Source: Aquifex aeolicus VF5
GTDB lineage: Bacteria > Aquificota > Aquificia > Aquificales > Aquificaceae
NCBI RefSeq assembly: GCF_000008625.1
Contig: NC_001880.1
Coordinates: forward strand, 7,457 to 39,456
Length of the DNA stretch: 32,000 nt
Direction of reading: 5' to 3'
Numbering within the stretch: position 1 is the stretch's first letter; every line of letters begins with the position of its first letter. The translations under genes were made by a program, and so were the position numbers. Below are positions 31,556 to 32,000 of the stretch, one piece after another. Under the pieces are notes generated by a model. The model worked only from the letters and a program-made list of their open reading frames with translations. It had not been told where the DNA came from and searched no databases.

Positions 31556-31716
31556 CTTTCTATCCCATATATGGGGACTAAAACGAATTCCCCAAGGGGT
31601 GGAAGACGCCGTGCCGAAGTTCTTTCTATCCCACATATGGTAACTAAAACTAAATACAAATCAACAAATAATGCAGATAAGGTATGACTTTCTATCCCAT
31701 ATATGGGAACTAAAAC
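31556..31716 (-). CRISPR. Mini-CRISPR array: three 29-nt repeats and two 37-nt spacers
   Basis: Repeats at 31556-31584, 31622-31650 and 31688-31716 (CTTTCTATCCCATATATGGGGACTAAAAC, with 3 and 1 mismatches). Internal palindrome TCCCATATATGGGA. The reverse complement reads GTTTTAGTCCCCATATATGGGATAGAAAG, so minus-strand transcription is likely. Confidence 0.75.
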
Positions 31717-31885
31717 GATTACTCGATAAAACTTACTCACCTCCTAACAAAGATGAACATACAGATGGGGAAAGCAGGGCTTGCGGTAGTGTTTGACAAA
31801 TTACAAGAAGGCGAGTTTTTTGAAAACGAAGGGGAGGGAGAAAAAGAGTACGTCTGGGTTGAGAAGTGGAAAGGGGCTATTGTGC

Positions 31886-32000
31886 TTAGAGAGGATACCG
31901 TTCTATAGCATCCACGTAAGCCTCAAGTATTTGTCTTAGTCTCGTGTCTTTAGTTTTTTGAAAGAGTGTCTTTACTCTTTCATCGAGTTTTCGGACTAGT
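31886..32000 (-). CDS. 3' end of an ORF entering from the right window edge
   Basis: Open minus-strand frame ...LVRKLDERVKTLFQKTKDTRLRQILEAYVDAIERYPL* with a stop at 31886-31888. Too short to assign. Confidence 0.3.
   Translation of the reverse strand, partial: LVRKLDERVKTLFQKTKDTRLRQILEAYVDAIERYPL

Noticed and set aside
31450-31740. 96 aa minus-strand ORF
   Set aside because: It is a translation of the CRISPR repeats and spacers. The peptide contains the repeated motif PIYGIES, once per repeat.
31754-31782. Possible degenerate fourth CRISPR repeat (...CATACAGATGGGGAAAGCAG)
   Set aside because: Only the ATGGGGA core matches and both repeat ends are lost. The stretch also overlaps a possible 51-codon ORF (31753-31908). 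It is not countable as a repeat without an alignment tool.

Overview
AT-rich sequence with Lys/Glu/Ile-rich proteins and strong GGAGG ribosome-binding sites. It reads like a plasmid or extrachromosomal element of a thermophilic bacterium; an Aquificota-like host is only a guess. No rRNA or tRNA was recognised.

Maintenance content:
- Two paralogous modules of 'small excisionase-like HTH gene, then five 22-23 bp palindromes, then a 318 aa protein' (613-2285 and 21874-23509). Their palindromes differ only in a core triplet.
- A third, orphan palindrome family at 24908-25096 and 27469-27490.
- An intact type Ib parA / RHH partition pair with a centromere-like upstream region.
- A decayed ParM-like gene preceded by 9-bp tandem repeats.
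- A separate iteron array at 29061-29274.
- A RecA-superfamily ATPase with a C-terminal wHTH.

Accessory content:
- A minus-strand nuclease/ATPase island (16.2-21.5 kb): PD-(D/E)xK nuclease, small PLD/Nuc nuclease (absent from the ORF track), HerA ATPase, second PLD domain, P-loop ATPase, unknown protein, PolB-type exonuclease remnant.
- Many toxin-antitoxin or abortive-infection type genes: MNT/HEPN remnant, two AbrB-VapC copies, solitary PIN, AbiEii-like NTase, orphan RHH, Fic-HTH.
- One IS4/IS5-type IS and five same-orientation copies of another IS terminus.
- Three copies of a cassette of tiny membrane peptides.
- A 3-repeat mini-CRISPR with no cas genes in the window.
- A GC-rich, highly structured candidate ncRNA (7855-8055).

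Main patterns:
- Heavy gene decay. Three ORFs carry a single in-frame TAG.
- A 707-bp inverted duplication brackets 16.8 kb.
- The 11-mer TTGAAAATCAA recurs only in intergenic DNA.

All functional calls come from motifs read by eye. No database search was run.
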